DNA of 64,000 nucleotides from Octopus vulgaris (taxonomy: Eukaryota), in assembly GCA_951406725.2 (NCBI GenBank), contig OX597827.1:51832001-51896000 (forward strand), written 5' to 3'. Positions 37,646-50,769 of this stretch are shown in pieces. The position numbers were made by a program, and so were the translations under genes. The notes under the pieces were generated by a model. The model did no database searches. It was not told where the DNA came from and saw only the letters and a list, made by a program, of their open reading frames with translations. The first letter of the stretch is position 1. Each line of letters starts with the position of its first letter.

Positions 37646-39372
37646 TTCTTTTTAAAATAATGATTCCTTTAATAGTAATAATAAGGAAAAGGAGAGAAGA
37701 GAACGGAAAGAGAGGAGGGGGATAAGGAGGAAATAAAGCTGAATGATGAAATGGTGATGGTGATGATGTCAATGATGTCAATGGTAGTAATTATACTAAT
37801 GATGAAGACAACGATAATGACAACAATATCAACGTTGATGGTGGTCGTCTTCTTTATTGCTCGCTATGCAACCTTTTAAGATCATGCCCTATTTGCATTG
37901 TTTCGTGTGTTTAGACGTAGAGTCAATAGCAACGGTAGCAGCTTCGGCGACAAATAACTACCAACAATAAATATACTATAAGAGCGGCAACAATAGACTG
38001 GAAAGTAGCACCTACTAATCTACCATCTTTCTTATTAGTAACGCCAAGAAACATCAAGTACAACCAGCCATCACACTCAGCTTTCATATAAATCTGTACC
38101 ACAGTAGATGCGAAGAACACGGTCTAAAGCGGTCTACAATGCCTGGACAAAAGTCATTCACGATCGGCAAGTCCTGCAAGGCAAATGATGCCTTTTGACA
38201 TTTCATGTGCTGCAAGTTCTCTTGCTTTCCAGCCTGTAGTTTATTAGCTAGCTCTCCTGCAAACAAAGGATTTCTACCACCTTCCACTCCCGAGACATGG
38301 GGGATCCATAAACAGTATTCCCATAGAGGAAGCCTCTATATTTGCTGCCCGGTCATTTTATCCAATTTCATACTCCACGCACTGAAAAATTAAAAAAAAT
38401 TCATCCAAAACTTTTCCCTTCATTCCATCAGTCTCAATACCAGACAAAACACCTCTGATTACTTCCAACAATGACACCAACCCTTACAATGTCCCTTTTA
38501 TTATCCTCCATACAACCCAAAGTTCTTCACACGCACTCTCGCCCTCTCTACCTCTCTCACTCTTTTCTTTTGCTACAATGTGTCTATTATCTATTTAATG
38601 CCACCAGTTATTAATTAACCTATTGCTCTTACTTCTCACTTCTCAAAGACAATCGTTAACAAACACTAAGTCCATCCCTTTCCATAACCACACACAGCTA
38701 GATCTACTAGAGAGACCGGCATTCTTAAGTCACTCAGTGGCCCTTCGACCATCAGAAATTTGATGAATACAAATTTGTTGCACTTGGTGCCAGCCAAACG
38801 TTTGACTGTGTCTGGAATAAGTTTCTTTCTAATTAAACTGCCTGCCTGTAGGTTCGACTTCTCACGTCTGTCGGTTTGAAAACTTCATGTCAGATTGCAT
38901 CAAAACATCGTTCGTTCACAAAGGTTCCTTTCACCTGCATTCTAACAAATGTGGTGTAATCCAAGTTTCCCTTGAGTCTCCCACACCCTTTCCGCTCGCA
39001 CACACAAACACACGATTTTAAATATGTGTTCGTGTGTGTGGGTGTATTGTGTATCGTATATCATATAGAGTGCATTAACATTTAACGCGCAAACATGAAC
39101 ACTTGATTGCATAAATAGGAAATTGTAGGTATCCACAAAGATAAGCATATACCAACCTGTCTCCAACCCCAGGTGTATTGGTATATATTCACACAGTATT
39201 CATGCCTTTTGTTCACAAAAAAGCAAGACTAGATATGTAGATACGTACTGCACCTATCTTATATGTGCAGCCCAACAATGAAAATTTCTAGGAGTGCATG
39301 AACGCGCAGTGTATGTATACGTTTGTATGCGTATGCAGTCATATACATATGTATGTGTATGACTGCACAGGC

Positions 39373-39447
<75 letters not shown>

Positions 39448-39451
<4 letters not shown>

Positions 39452-39662
39452 ATTCAAACATGAAAACACAAAGAGAAAACACAACAACGCGAGGACGTGG
39501 AGCAAGTATAGTATTATTGGACGCTCAGGAAAGGAAAGAAAGAAGGAGGGCTTAACGTTTCGAGCGGAGCTCTTCGTCAGAAACATAGGAAAAGGAAAGA
39601 TTCAAAAAGGGAAGACGGATGAAAAAAATCGCCAACGGTACACACGCGGTCACATTTTGAAG
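39448..39662 (-). mobile_element. PLE pseudo-LTR fragment in (TA)n with a minimal hammerhead motif (39550-39585)
   Basis: Minus strand CTGACGA-A-GAGC-TCC-GCTC-GAAACGTTA: canonical core, 4-bp stem II, palindromic AACGTT stem III; flanked by TA repeats. Confidence 0.7.
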
Positions 39663-41749
39663 AGTATATATATAATTTTGTGTGAGAGTGTACTTGTATG
39701 TATATAAGCAAATATGTGGATGTGCAAGCACATGCGTATATACGTAAATATATGGATATATGTACACACATGTATATGTATAGAAGTCGGTGTATATGTA
39801 TGTATCTATATACATATTTATATGTGTGTCTGTTTGTGTATAGGCAAGTATAGACATACAGTTATATACATGCATGTGCCTATATTTGTACATTTATAAA
39901 TAACCATGCTAGAAGCATATTAGAATACAGTGTATATCAACCTATTATTTTTCTAAATAATAAAAATTTAAAATTACTTAAAAGAAGGCTTCTGACATCA
40001 ATACTAACTTTCACCTCTTTCTGGCCTACATTCTGAGAAAAATCGAACGGTGTATCCATAAGCATTGTATTATGAGCCCTAAAATAGCACTAAACCATCC
40101 AATATATATCTTTTAAAAAATCTTGGTTAATCAAAAAAAATTAATAAATAAAATACCTTAACACAAATTGTAACCTGAATATGACACTTTTGCCACAGAA
40201 TCCAACAAATTTCTTTTATTAAACCAGGAAGAAGAAAAAAAAACTATCCCCCACGTTCTTTTCTTCTCTTCCCACATCCTACACAGATATATTTTCATCC
40301 GATACTTCTCCATCGAATTTCCTACGCAACAATTTCTCCTCCTTCCTGCCCACACCAACCTAATTTTCATTTGCATTACTCCAAAGGAACAACTCGCTAA
40401 AAACACCAAGGTTTGAAAGAACAAAATAGACCCCAGTCCCGATGATTAGATTAAAAATTTGGGGTGTCTTATTGAGATATTTATTAACGTCATATGTAGA
40501 TGGATTTAAACATATGGCTTAGAATAAAGATACCTGAAGATAGAAAATGTCATATTTTGCCTCCTATATTTGTTTTTGTTCCCATATATATATTCATATA
40601 ACATCAACAGCAAAAACAAAAAGAGGGAACCAAAAATATAGCAAATAATTTCATACCATGAAGACACTGGTGCCCAAAGGTCTACAACAAAGATATCTTC
40701 AAACATGTTGAACATCATAGCATGATTGGGAAGCTACTGATGTGGTTAGCCACAGAAAATTACTAAGACACACTGAAGTGAGAAGTGCATGGTCGAAAGA
40801 CGACAGCTTTATCATCAAACACGACAGAGCTGCAAATAAAACATATTGCATCCCACGCTAACATATCTCTGTGGATATTAACATTTGATATATTTTTGAA
40901 ACGGAGTCCCATTAATAGTAAAGTTATTGCGAAGTGCTGACTTTGAGAATCTAAACTACTGGTGACTAATTGACAGAATTAATTCTTGGCGAGATTATTT
41001 TGATAAATTGTGAAGATGATCTCCAAGGATAGAAACACTCTACTTTTAATGATGGTGTTGGTGTCATTAGTAGTAATGTTAGCGGTGGTGCCAGTGGCGG
41101 TGTTAACTACTGGTACTAATGGTGTAGGTGTTATCTATAAAGTTGTTTTCAGTGGTAGCGTTATTGTTGGTTGTGTGTTTATGGTAGCGCGTTTTTGATA
41201 GTGATTTTTGTTGGTCGTGGTGACTGTGTTCTTGTATTGGTGTTGTTGGTAGGTTTGAATTTGGTGACGATGATGATGACGACGACGAGGAGGATATATA
41301 AATGTTACAGTTGTGTTGGGGTTTTGATGTAATATGTCATCATACCAAAACTGTAAGGCATTACCAGAAGTTTGTAGTTGGCTCAAGCTCTAGACCGATG
41401 TCTAAGATAATAAGTTACTATAACTAACACTATCACTGCTACCACCACCTTACTAATACTTCTTCCTCAAATATCTCTGACCCTTCTATCCAACTCTAGT
41501 CCACCCTCAACCAGTCAGATATAAAGAAATGTTTCCTGCCTGTTTGAGTGTAGTATGTATGCTTGCATGCACGCACGCGCGCCTGCTTATACTATAAATT
41601 CATCTTACTCTGTTATACCACTTTCTATATTTTAGATCAATAAATAGTTAAACTTCACTGTTAATTTATCTGGTATAGTCATCTATTTTGTATTGCAGAA
41701 ATACAATCTAATGTTCATGCTAGTTAAAATGACTATGTGGATGTAATAT

Positions 41750-42900
41750 TGGGCTTCCAGCTCATAGTTTATGAGTTGACTGATTTAACGATATAATAAA
41801 TGGATAAGGAAACACAACCAGCCATTCTATATCTTTAATTAATGCTTTTCCCTAAATTATGTATCCACTGGAAAGGGTAATGATGGTCTCTATTTGTATG
41901 AAGAGTACGTCTAAATATTGACTAACATTTCACTTTGAGCCATTTATTACTGAAGCATTGTATTGTACACTTAGCTCTCAACATCCCATTTTATCTATCT
42001 GTATGCAGATTTTATTTTGTCAACCACTGTAAACAGTTGTAGTACCGCAAAATTAATGAGTGTTTTGGTATCTTGCAGAAGAAAGGTTAGAAGTTCATCT
42101 GTCAATCTTCCTCAGTAAAATCCCTAAATGGTTAAAACGAAACAAATTTCCAGACTGTATCAGGTTGAGTGTACCTCAAAGTATTTGATCACTAGCTGCG
42201 GATTAGTTGACGATATAGAATAAGTAATCTATAGACTCTAGGTGATGGTATGGAGTAGTTAGTTATACAATTCCGAGAGTTTAATTGATTGTATAAAATG
42301 TACCATATACAGTTCACAGATAACATTTGGTTTCATAGAATACTTAACTGCACAAATAACATTTGTTGAGTGTATGATATAGTTAACCAGTGACACGGCA
42401 ATGATTAACTGAAACTGTCTACATTAGCCAAGGGTATCAGAAGAGTTACAATTACTTCGTTGTAACCAATAACATTACAATGACTTCGTGAAAGTCCACA
42501 CATGGTAACAGAAGTGGTTATCTAAATATCTCTACAACAGCTAATGATGTGGAAAGGCTATCAGAAGCTGCCTACATTTGTGATGGTACGAGAACGATTG
42601 GATAAAACTCCATACATTAACTGATGATGTTGTAATTGTTAATTGAAAATGTTTGCGCCAGCTAACATTACGGGAATGATAACTTGAATTATCTACAATA
42701 CATGAACCGTTAGGTAAAACTGTGTCAGCTGATAGGATAGTAGAGTTTTGATTAGTAATGGATTGGAAATGGTGGGGTGAAAGATGAGGAGACAGCTGCC
42801 GCTGACATTACGACTACATGCTGGAAGTTTGGTTAGTATCTTGTCTGAGAGTGTATTTTCTTTTATATCTGTCATGAGACGAGTAGCTTGCAACTAGCAC
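41750..42900 (-). mobile_element. Very old CR1/L2-like LINE RT relic
   Basis: Scraps such as DKILTKL..GSCLLIF (ORF 42693-42893) and downstream decayed segments; order is compatible with RT but motifs are eroded. Confidence 0.3.
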
Positions 42901-43471
42901 AGAAAGCTGGTGCAACAGTGTGTACACCATTTCACACCACTACCATCCTCCTGACAAACCCTACACTTTTAGCTTGCTACTGCATTGATCACTTTGCAGT
43001 AACATTTTGAGAATGTTGTATCGATTTGTGTTGATGTTTTTAAGTCCAATCTTATCAGTATTCCAATGCAAACACTCTCCACCCACCCACCTTCAGCAAT
43101 AACACCAACAGCACCACCACTGTAATTTAACATGTAGCCAAACAAATGCATGCACACACATTCACATCCATATACATGCCCGGATACACTCATTAATTCA
43201 TATACCCACACCAGCCATTAGTCCCTTACATATAATAAATATGTATATAGCGACATGTCTATAACTGTAATACCCTTATAACCTAATCTTAATCTAGTCC
43301 TGAGACTGAAGAAAATTAATTTAATTGTTCAACGATTGTTCTTCAGAAAAGTGCAATGCATTCCTCACATGACCAAAGTGGATCAACCGAATTCCACTGC
43401 TCTGAGTGAATGGTAAGCAAATTCCTACTTCCAATAGACTTGTAACTGTACAAGGATTAAAAAAATAATAT

Positions 43472-44098
43472 CGATTTCAATTTTTGGCATATAGCCAGCA
43501 ATTTCGAGGGAGGGGTTAAGTCAATTACATCGAACCCAATACTCAACTGGTATTTATTTTATCAACCCCGAAAGGATGAAAGGCAAAGTGGACCTCGGCG
43601 GAATTTGAACTCAGAACAGAAGACAAATGAAATACCTATTTCTTTACTACCCACAAGGGGCTAAACACAGAGAGGACAAACAAGGACAGACAAACGGATT
43701 AAGTCGATTATATCGATCCCAGTGCGTAACTGGTACTTATTTAATCGACCCCGAAAGGATGAAAGGCAAAGTCGACCTCGGCGGAATTTGAACTCAGAAC
43801 GTAGCGGCAGACGAAATACCGCTAAGCATTTCGCTCGGTGTGCTAACGATTCTACAGCTCACCACCTTAGATTAAGAGATAATGTCGTTTCTACTATAGG
43901 CACAAGGCCTGAAATTTCGGGAGTGGGTATAAATCGATTACATCGACCCCAGTACTCAAATGGTACTTATTTTATCGACCTCGAAAGGATGAAAGGCAAA
44001 GAGGATCTCGGCGGAATTTGAACTCAAAACGTGAGGATGGACGGAAGGCCGATGAACATTTCGCCCGGCGTGCTAACGATTCTGCCAGCTCACCGCAT
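43472..44098 (-). mobile_element. Cluster of three SINE family B units
   Basis: Cores at ~43570, ~43753 and ~43983; the first two are joined head-to-tail like the 21.2-21.7 kb trimer. Confidence 0.9.
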
Positions 44099-44486
44099 TA
44101 GATTAAGAGATAATATCAATGATAAAAACACAGAGTAATGTATTTGACTAATAAAGTTTAGTGGTCACTATTTAATGGATAGTCCACAGACGTATCAAAT
44201 AGACGTGGGTTTAATTACTTATAAACATTTTATGGAGATTAAAAGCTGGATTATTTACCACTTGGCCAAAATTTCCCATACTGTGTTTGTTTTGAGTTCT
44301 AAAGTAAGATCTTTGATGCTGCTTGTTCAAGTTTGCCTGACTCTATAGCAATTCGGCTCTTACGCAATGATTAGGGAGATGCTCAACTTAATCCATTATT
44401 GCATTTCAATCATGCAAGCTTAGAAGAATTGAGATTAGAGTAAAATGAAAATAAAATGCACGTAAAATATATGTGCATACGCATAT

Positions 44487-44522
<36 letters not shown>

Positions 44523-44579
44523 GCTGAAGCCATGCTGAAACACCACCTTGAAGTGTGACTAGGTTTTCCCTACGGTTTC

Positions 44580-44960
44580 TAGTTAAGTGGCGAATAAGAT
44601 GGAGCTGCTCTTCTTTGTACCTCCTGCTGCGATGTGGGTTTGTGGGTATCTCAGATAAAAATTTGTTCAGATGCTCTTTTAAAACTTCTACATCTACATC
44701 TCGGATAATCTTTGAGGCTGTTGGGCATAATGTTAAATAATTGTGGACCCTTGAAACCCAAGCTGTTACAGTTCTTGGTCCTTATTCTAGATGGAGAAGA
44801 CGAGATCTTTAGGACTATGCAATGCCGTCCAGTTCAGTGGTTGGTATACCTTTCAATTCCAATGTTGGGAGCTAGACCGCCCAGGATCTTCTGTAGCACA
44901 TCACTGCATATCTTTCGTGCTTTCTCTCCAGGGAGTAAAATAAACAGTTGAATAATCTGG
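44580..44960 (-). mobile_element. CR1-like LINE 3' end relic
   Basis: Frameshifted minus-strand RIRTKNCNS.GFKGPQLFNIMPNSLKD...DVEVLKEHLNKFLSEIP, matching the CR1-type ORF2 C-terminus. Confidence 0.65.
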
Positions 44961-45020
44961 ATGTGTGTTTGTGTATGCGTGTGTGAATATGTGTGTGTGT
45001 GTGTGTGTGTGCGTGTGTGT

Positions 45021-45054
<34 letters not shown>

Positions 45055-45056
<2 letters not shown>

Positions 45057-45255
45057 AGGCGAGTGACTTAGTGGTTAAGGTGTTAAACTCCTGATCGTAA
45101 GACTGTGGTTTCAATTCCTGGACCGGGCGACGCGTTGTGTTATTGAACAAAACACTCCATTTCAAGTTGTTCCACTCCACTCAGCTGGTAAAAATTAGTA
45201 ATCCTGCGACGGACCGGCGTCCCGTCCAGGTGGGGAATATTTACGCCATGAAACA
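45055..45255 (+). mobile_element. SINE family D
   Basis: GGAGGCGAGTGACTTAGTGG head, GGTTTCAATTCC B-box, CCTGCGACGGACCGGCGTCCCGTCCAGG segment. Confidence 0.8.
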
Positions 45256-45291
<36 letters not shown>

Positions 45292-45295
<4 letters not shown>

Positions 45296-45490
45296 GAGGA
45301 GGCACCCAAAAGTAACCGGAAACGTTCTCTTTGAGACAAGCCCGTTGTAGTTCAGGTTTCCGCCGCTAGAACTCACTTGATGCAACCCTTCGGCATCAGT
45401 CTGCCGACAAACGTCTTAGTGTAAGGTCGTACTGTCACGTAATGCGTCTTTGCTTTGCAATGCTTTTCTGTTTGTAGATTTTTGCGATGG
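45292..45490 (+). mobile_element. mariner-like left-end fragment
   Basis: TA-CGAGGAGGCACCCAAAAGTAACCGGAA start typical of mariner TIRs, inserted at (TA)n; no matching right TIR found. Confidence 0.45.
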
Positions 45491-45685
45491 CTTCTCAGTT
45501 TTTTCGCGTTTCTTCTCTCATTCAATTTTTTTTAGTTCGTTATGATATGTGGTTTGTGCCAGCCGATTATGTTTGAGATATTTCTATGAAACAGAAGTAA
45601 CAGTTAAAGACATGTATTATGTTCTTTGAATAAATAACACACACACACACACACATGGACATACACATACGTGCACACACATATG

Positions 45686-47479
45686 ATAAATGAGAGACGG
45701 AAGATGGAAGATACGAAAATTTTTATTAATCACTACAATCGTTTCGGCACATCGCTCCCTCACAGATGAGATATTTAGCAACTGGCTCAGGAGCATCCGA
45801 CGGTGCAGATGTGTCACTTTGGGTGATAAATAGATATAACTCGTCAAAATAAAATCCGCAATGTATCTTCTCATTTCGTGTAAAGAAAAGCAGCAAATTT
45901 AAGGATATTGCTTCATTTATATAGAAGATCAATAATAAAACAAAATAGTGTAACAGATGCAAAAAAGAAACGAACACGCAATACAGTGAAAAAAGTATCA
46001 AAATTACCGTTAACGGATATGGATGTATAAACGCCCTCGCATAGGTTGTGAGGCGCATGTACACTCGTTCATACAAGCATCCACGAAGATGTAAGCATAC
46101 GCACAGGTGTGGTTTGGCGCACATACATTCACATAGCGAGTTAAATAGTTAAGAATTGGGAGGTTAGAACTAAACTTAATTCATCCGTACCATAAGGTAA
46201 ATTATGTTAACGGTTACTCAAATTCATTTCCACTGCTTTGTGCAAAAGTACATCTATTTGCATGCAAGCATTTTGAGTGTCTTTCAGAAATTCTATTAAT
46301 GATCTTCTCATTGGTTCACAGAACATACAAGGATTCCTCGGAGCAGAGTCGCCATCTCCTGGAAATGGTATATGATTTTGCGTGCCTTACCATGGTCCAA
46401 GTTATGTTATACTTAATGTTATCTTCCTTAAGTCGCCACACAAAATCAGCCAAAGATATTGAATGTCTCTGACATGGTTGCGATAACGATTCTTGAATGA
46501 AGCAGTTGTTTTCCCAATGTAAACATACGGCCATCTCCTTGTGTGCATAGTACATCTATATACAAGATTTTTACTCATACAGAGGTTCATCAACGGGCAT
46601 TTTGCTTTTTCTCTGCATGAGCATATTATATTTATCTGTATATATTGCAGTTCTGTCTTCATTTTGCAACGTTGTTACCGTGTTGGCTATATCACATTCG
46701 TTTCTACTATCACGATTTGGCCGTATTTGATACTTTTCATTATTACCGAGCGTAGATGGCTGGATGCTACATTTATATACTTAATATTACCGTTTGGTTT
46801 ATGGAATGATTCGAATAATCCAGTATCAATACAGGAGGTAGTGTCAAGGAAATTTACTCTACGATAATCATTTCCTATTGTAATGTTGAGTCCTAAATTC
46901 TTAAAAAGTCTAAATGCAGTGGGAATGAATTTGAGTAACCGTTAACATAATTTACCTTATGTTACGTATGAATTAAGTTTAGCTCTAACCTCCCCACTCT
47001 TATTAACACCAAGTAGCTATTTAACTCGTCATGTGAATGTATGTGCGCCAAACCACACGTGAGCGTATGCTCACATCTTCGTGGATGCTTGTATGAGCGA
47101 TTGTACATGCGCCATACAACCAACGCGAAGGCGTTTATACATCCATATCCGTTAACGGTTATTTTTAATACTTTTTTTCGCTGTATTGCGTGTTCGTTTC
47201 TTTTTGGCATCTATTACTTTATTATTGATCTCCCATATAAAGGAAACTATAGACCTTAATTTGTTGCTTTTCTTTACACATAACGAGAAGATACATTGCA
47301 AAGCTGTTGTCTTCACGAGTTATATCTATTTATCACCCGCAGTGACACATCTACACCATCGGATGCTCCTGAACTAATTGTTAAGTATCTCGCCCGTGAG
47401 GGATCGACGCTAGATGTGTCGAAACAATTGTAGTGATAAATAAAAATTCTCATATATTTCATCTTCCATCTCTCATTAA
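45686..47479 (-). mobile_element. 5'-truncated Penelope-like element: GIY-YIG endonuclease region between inverted pseudo-LTRs
   Basis: CSCREKAKCPLMNLCMSKNLVYRCT...YIGKTTASFKNRYRNH...LADFVWRLKE....ITW......SY......LCSEE (46316-46640); arms 45686-46238 and 46914-47479 are reverse complements. Confidence 0.88.
47328..47441 (+). ncRNA. Hammerhead-shaped fold with variant core in a pLTR (mirror copy 45725-45832, -)
   Basis: Stem I ATTTATCAC/GTGATAAAT, 7-nt junction CCGCAGT, stem II GACACATCTA/TAGATGTGTC, GAAAC-AATT-GTA. Confidence 0.6.
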
Positions 47480-48096
47480 CCAAATACATAACGAATACTG
47501 TGAAAGTGACTGTGCTCCACCAGTAAGCTACCAGGTATAAACCATTTGCTTTATTATCATGTGTGTGAGTGTGTGTACATTATATATATATACTTTATAT
47601 CTTATGAATGTGTATGTAAGAAGAGGAAGGAGAGGGTAAATTATGAATAAAGTTGAATAAATTTAATATTAATATTTTAGTGCAGTTTTTTTCTTTTGAA
47701 TTCATTGCAATTAGTTCTGAAACAATTTTGATAAAATATTGCGTATGTATTGAAATGTTTTGGGATTGGAAGATAATTGTTGAAAATATTATAGAAAGAA
47801 GGAAAATTAAGAGAGGTAAGGTTTAAAGCATGCAATTGTATAGTGAAGTGGGATAATTGGTTAAAAGTTGAAAATGCAGAAATAGCTGAAGGAAACGCAA
47901 AATAACTGAATACCGACAGTTTTTAGAATAAACACACACACGCACACACACACAAACACACACACACATGCATACATGCATATATACATACAATGTTGAA
48001 TAATGCTTTAATGGCGTGATTATATTCTTAAAAAGAGTAAATATATATATATGTATGTATGTATGTATGTATGATTGTATGTGTGTATGTATATGC

Positions 48097-48142
<46 letters not shown>

Positions 48143-48984
48143 TGAGAGAGAGGGCGTGCACATACACACACACAATAAAACAAAATCAAGACAGACTGGT
48201 GTTAGTCTGCATCGGCAAGATTGATTATTAGAAGAAGACGATATTAGAATATTAATTGGTAACTCAAATTACTGAATTTTTCAGGAAGTTTAACACAAAA
48301 TCGTAGTACAGAAAGACTTCCTATCAAAATGCAGATCAATCACGAAATGAAGTCACTCTCATTGTTTTCTGTATTCGGAGTTTTTCTATGACTAGTTTGA
48401 AAATTTGGGGCATTCTGTAGTTGCAAAAGAAAATTAAGTACTGAATGTTAATTAAGAAGAAACATTTTTGAAAACAATCTGTCATGAGAATTTGAAGAGT
48501 ACAGAATACAAGGCTTGTTAGAATGTCTATACGATTTGACTGCTCGAATCAATCTTCACTATTTTATGCTATTTTTAATGGGAAAACTAATGAAATTTGA
48601 TAAATATATGCCACTGGTTCGAAGTTGCTTCCGCAATGCTTAAAATTCTAAGAGTCTCAAATTTCGAATGAGTTCCTTCTCAATCCAGTATATTATTTCA
48701 AATGTTGACTTTCAATGAGTATTCACCCTGGTTTGTACAATTACGAGACTTTTATACAATTTTTAATAAAAACTATTTATACTTCGTAGAATAATTACTT
48801 TCCTAACAAGCTGGAGAAAAATTCTGTGACTATAGCCAGGACTTGTTGATTGAAACTGGAAGTCAAAGCAACATTCCTGTTTCTAGATGTGTGTGTGCGT
48901 GTGTGTATCGTGTGTGTGTGTATGCGTGCGTGCATGTGTGTGTGCGTGTGTGTATTGTGTGCGTGTGTATGTGTGTGTGTGTGT

Positions 48985-49045
<61 letters not shown>

Positions 49046-49379
49046 ATTATATTTCGCATATGGATTCTTCTGTTATTTCTGAGGGTTTTTTTCTATAAAA
49101 CCACTACAATTTAAACACCCATCATTGTAAAATTTGGAAGTGTCATTAAATACAGTTTCATTAGACGCAAAATTTTAATTTTGTAAACATACATTAAGAA
49201 AACTATTTAAAATATCTTTTAATCAATCAGAAAATTTATTAATGTAATCTAATGACTCATTAATTAACTTGCAAAGTGGTAACTCTGCGTTGTTAAGATT
49301 GACTTTTAACGGTTAGAGTTGCTGCGTTGAGAAATAAAACTGTTTTGAGTTCCAATATACGTGTGTATGTAGATAAAGA

Positions 49380-50330
49380 GAGAAACCGAAAACCAGGTGG
49401 ATTAAACGCGACGATTTATTTGAGCCCATTAAAGAACATTAACAAGGCAAAGCTGTTGAGATACATCATGGAATATTACTGTGAGTAAATGTACAATGGC
49501 TCTCATGTAGTTGGTACATGATGTATGCGGTGTAGAACAGGAAAAACAAATTCTTTGCGAAATGCATTTTTTTTTAACGGTGGTTGTACGAAGGGTAATA
49601 GTTTCCACTGATAAACTGAGTAAAACATTTTTTGGATCTTTTCGGTTTGAACGGCAGTTTTTTTCTAGCGGTGTGATATGAAATTGTCACCCATAATTAT
49701 GACCCTAGTATCGATCTATTGCATTTCAATCTGTTTTAGGGTTAGGGTTAGGGGTAGGGGTAGGAGGAAGGGTATCTTTTTTCTTCACAAATGTAAATAA
49801 ACCCAATCTGTTTCTTAAACGAAGGACATATTCACACGGCACAGAATGCTTTTAACTCAATAGACGTCACTGATTGGTTGAAATTGCAGAAATTGAAGAA
49901 GAAAAAAACAACAAATATCTTACAAACTATAGAATTTTCTCAATAAAGCCAAGAAAAAAAGATGTTTTATAAACACATTCTACCAGTATACGAAGTTTAA
50001 AATTTTTTAGTTATCTAGAAATTGTGTTAAAAACTGCCGTTCAAACCGAAAAGATCCGGAATTTCTCATTACGTACAGTCCTATGGGTAAAGACCAACTG
50101 ATCACTAACGTTGCATACTGATGGAGTTATTGCTACCAGTTTCAAAAATAAGAAAAATAACTTAGAATCCTTTTCAGTTTACTAAAGAGAACAATGTGAT
50201 GTTTTCACATCGTCGGCAATTTTCTCAGACAAGGCTTCTAAATGATTGTAGAAACATTATACGTGTTTCAGGTATTCTGATTTACGCGGTGTGCTATACA
50301 AATAAATACTACAAGGTCTTGTAGATTTTC
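49380..50330 (+). mobile_element. Possible Merlin/IS1595-type transposase relic, interrupted by the telomeric MITE
   Basis: Frameshifted GKAVEIHH / MYNGSHVVGT* / VCGVEQE..FFLTVVVRR before the MITE and TLHTDG after it resemble G..VEIDE..KYNRG...WV.GGVER...F...V..R...I.TDGW. Confidence 0.4.
49634..50057 (+). mobile_element. Complete telomeric-repeat MITE
   Basis: Both TIRs intact (GGATCTTTTCGGTTTGAACGGCAGTTTT / AAAACTGCCGTTCAAACCGAAAAGATCC); short TTAGGG tract ~49736-49762; no clear TSD. Confidence 0.9.
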
Positions 50331-50469
50331 GTTATCCCAGATATCATGATCATTTGTAGCATAAGAATTAAGGATTTGCAGTCTCTTCCCAAGAACACAG
50401 GCTCAGCCATATTTTGCTCCAGGTGTGTAGTTACGTATCCTATCGCTTCAGTAAGAAGCTGAAAGCGTA

Positions 50470-50769
50470 TCTTGTTCCTTCTCGAGCCATGCCTGGCTCA
50501 TAAGGGCCGGTTTCCCGGTTTCCTTGGCGTATAGGTTCCCCACCTAGACGGGATGCCGGTCCATCGCAGGTGAGCTGCAAGATGCAGGAGGAAAGAATGA
50601 GAGAAAGTTGTAGCGAAAGAGTCAGCAGAAGTTCGCCATTACCTTCTGCCGGAGTCGTGTGGAGCTTAGGTGTTTCGCTCATAAACAATTACATCGCCCG
50701 GTCTGAGATTAGAACCCGCGATCCCTCGACCGCGAGTCCGCTGCTCTAACCACTGGGCCATGTGCCTCC
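50470..50769 (-). mobile_element. SINE with family C head and family D-type central/3' segment
   Basis: Minus strand GGAGGCACATGGCCCAGTGG...GAGCGAAACACCTAAGCTCCACACG...CCTGCGATGGACCGGCATCCCGTC...GAAACCGGGAAACCGG. Confidence 0.8.

Noticed and set aside
36540-37790. Poly-L/poly-I/poly-Y 'membrane protein' ORFs
   Set aside because: These are translations of (CTA)n, (AAT)n and (CT)n repeats.
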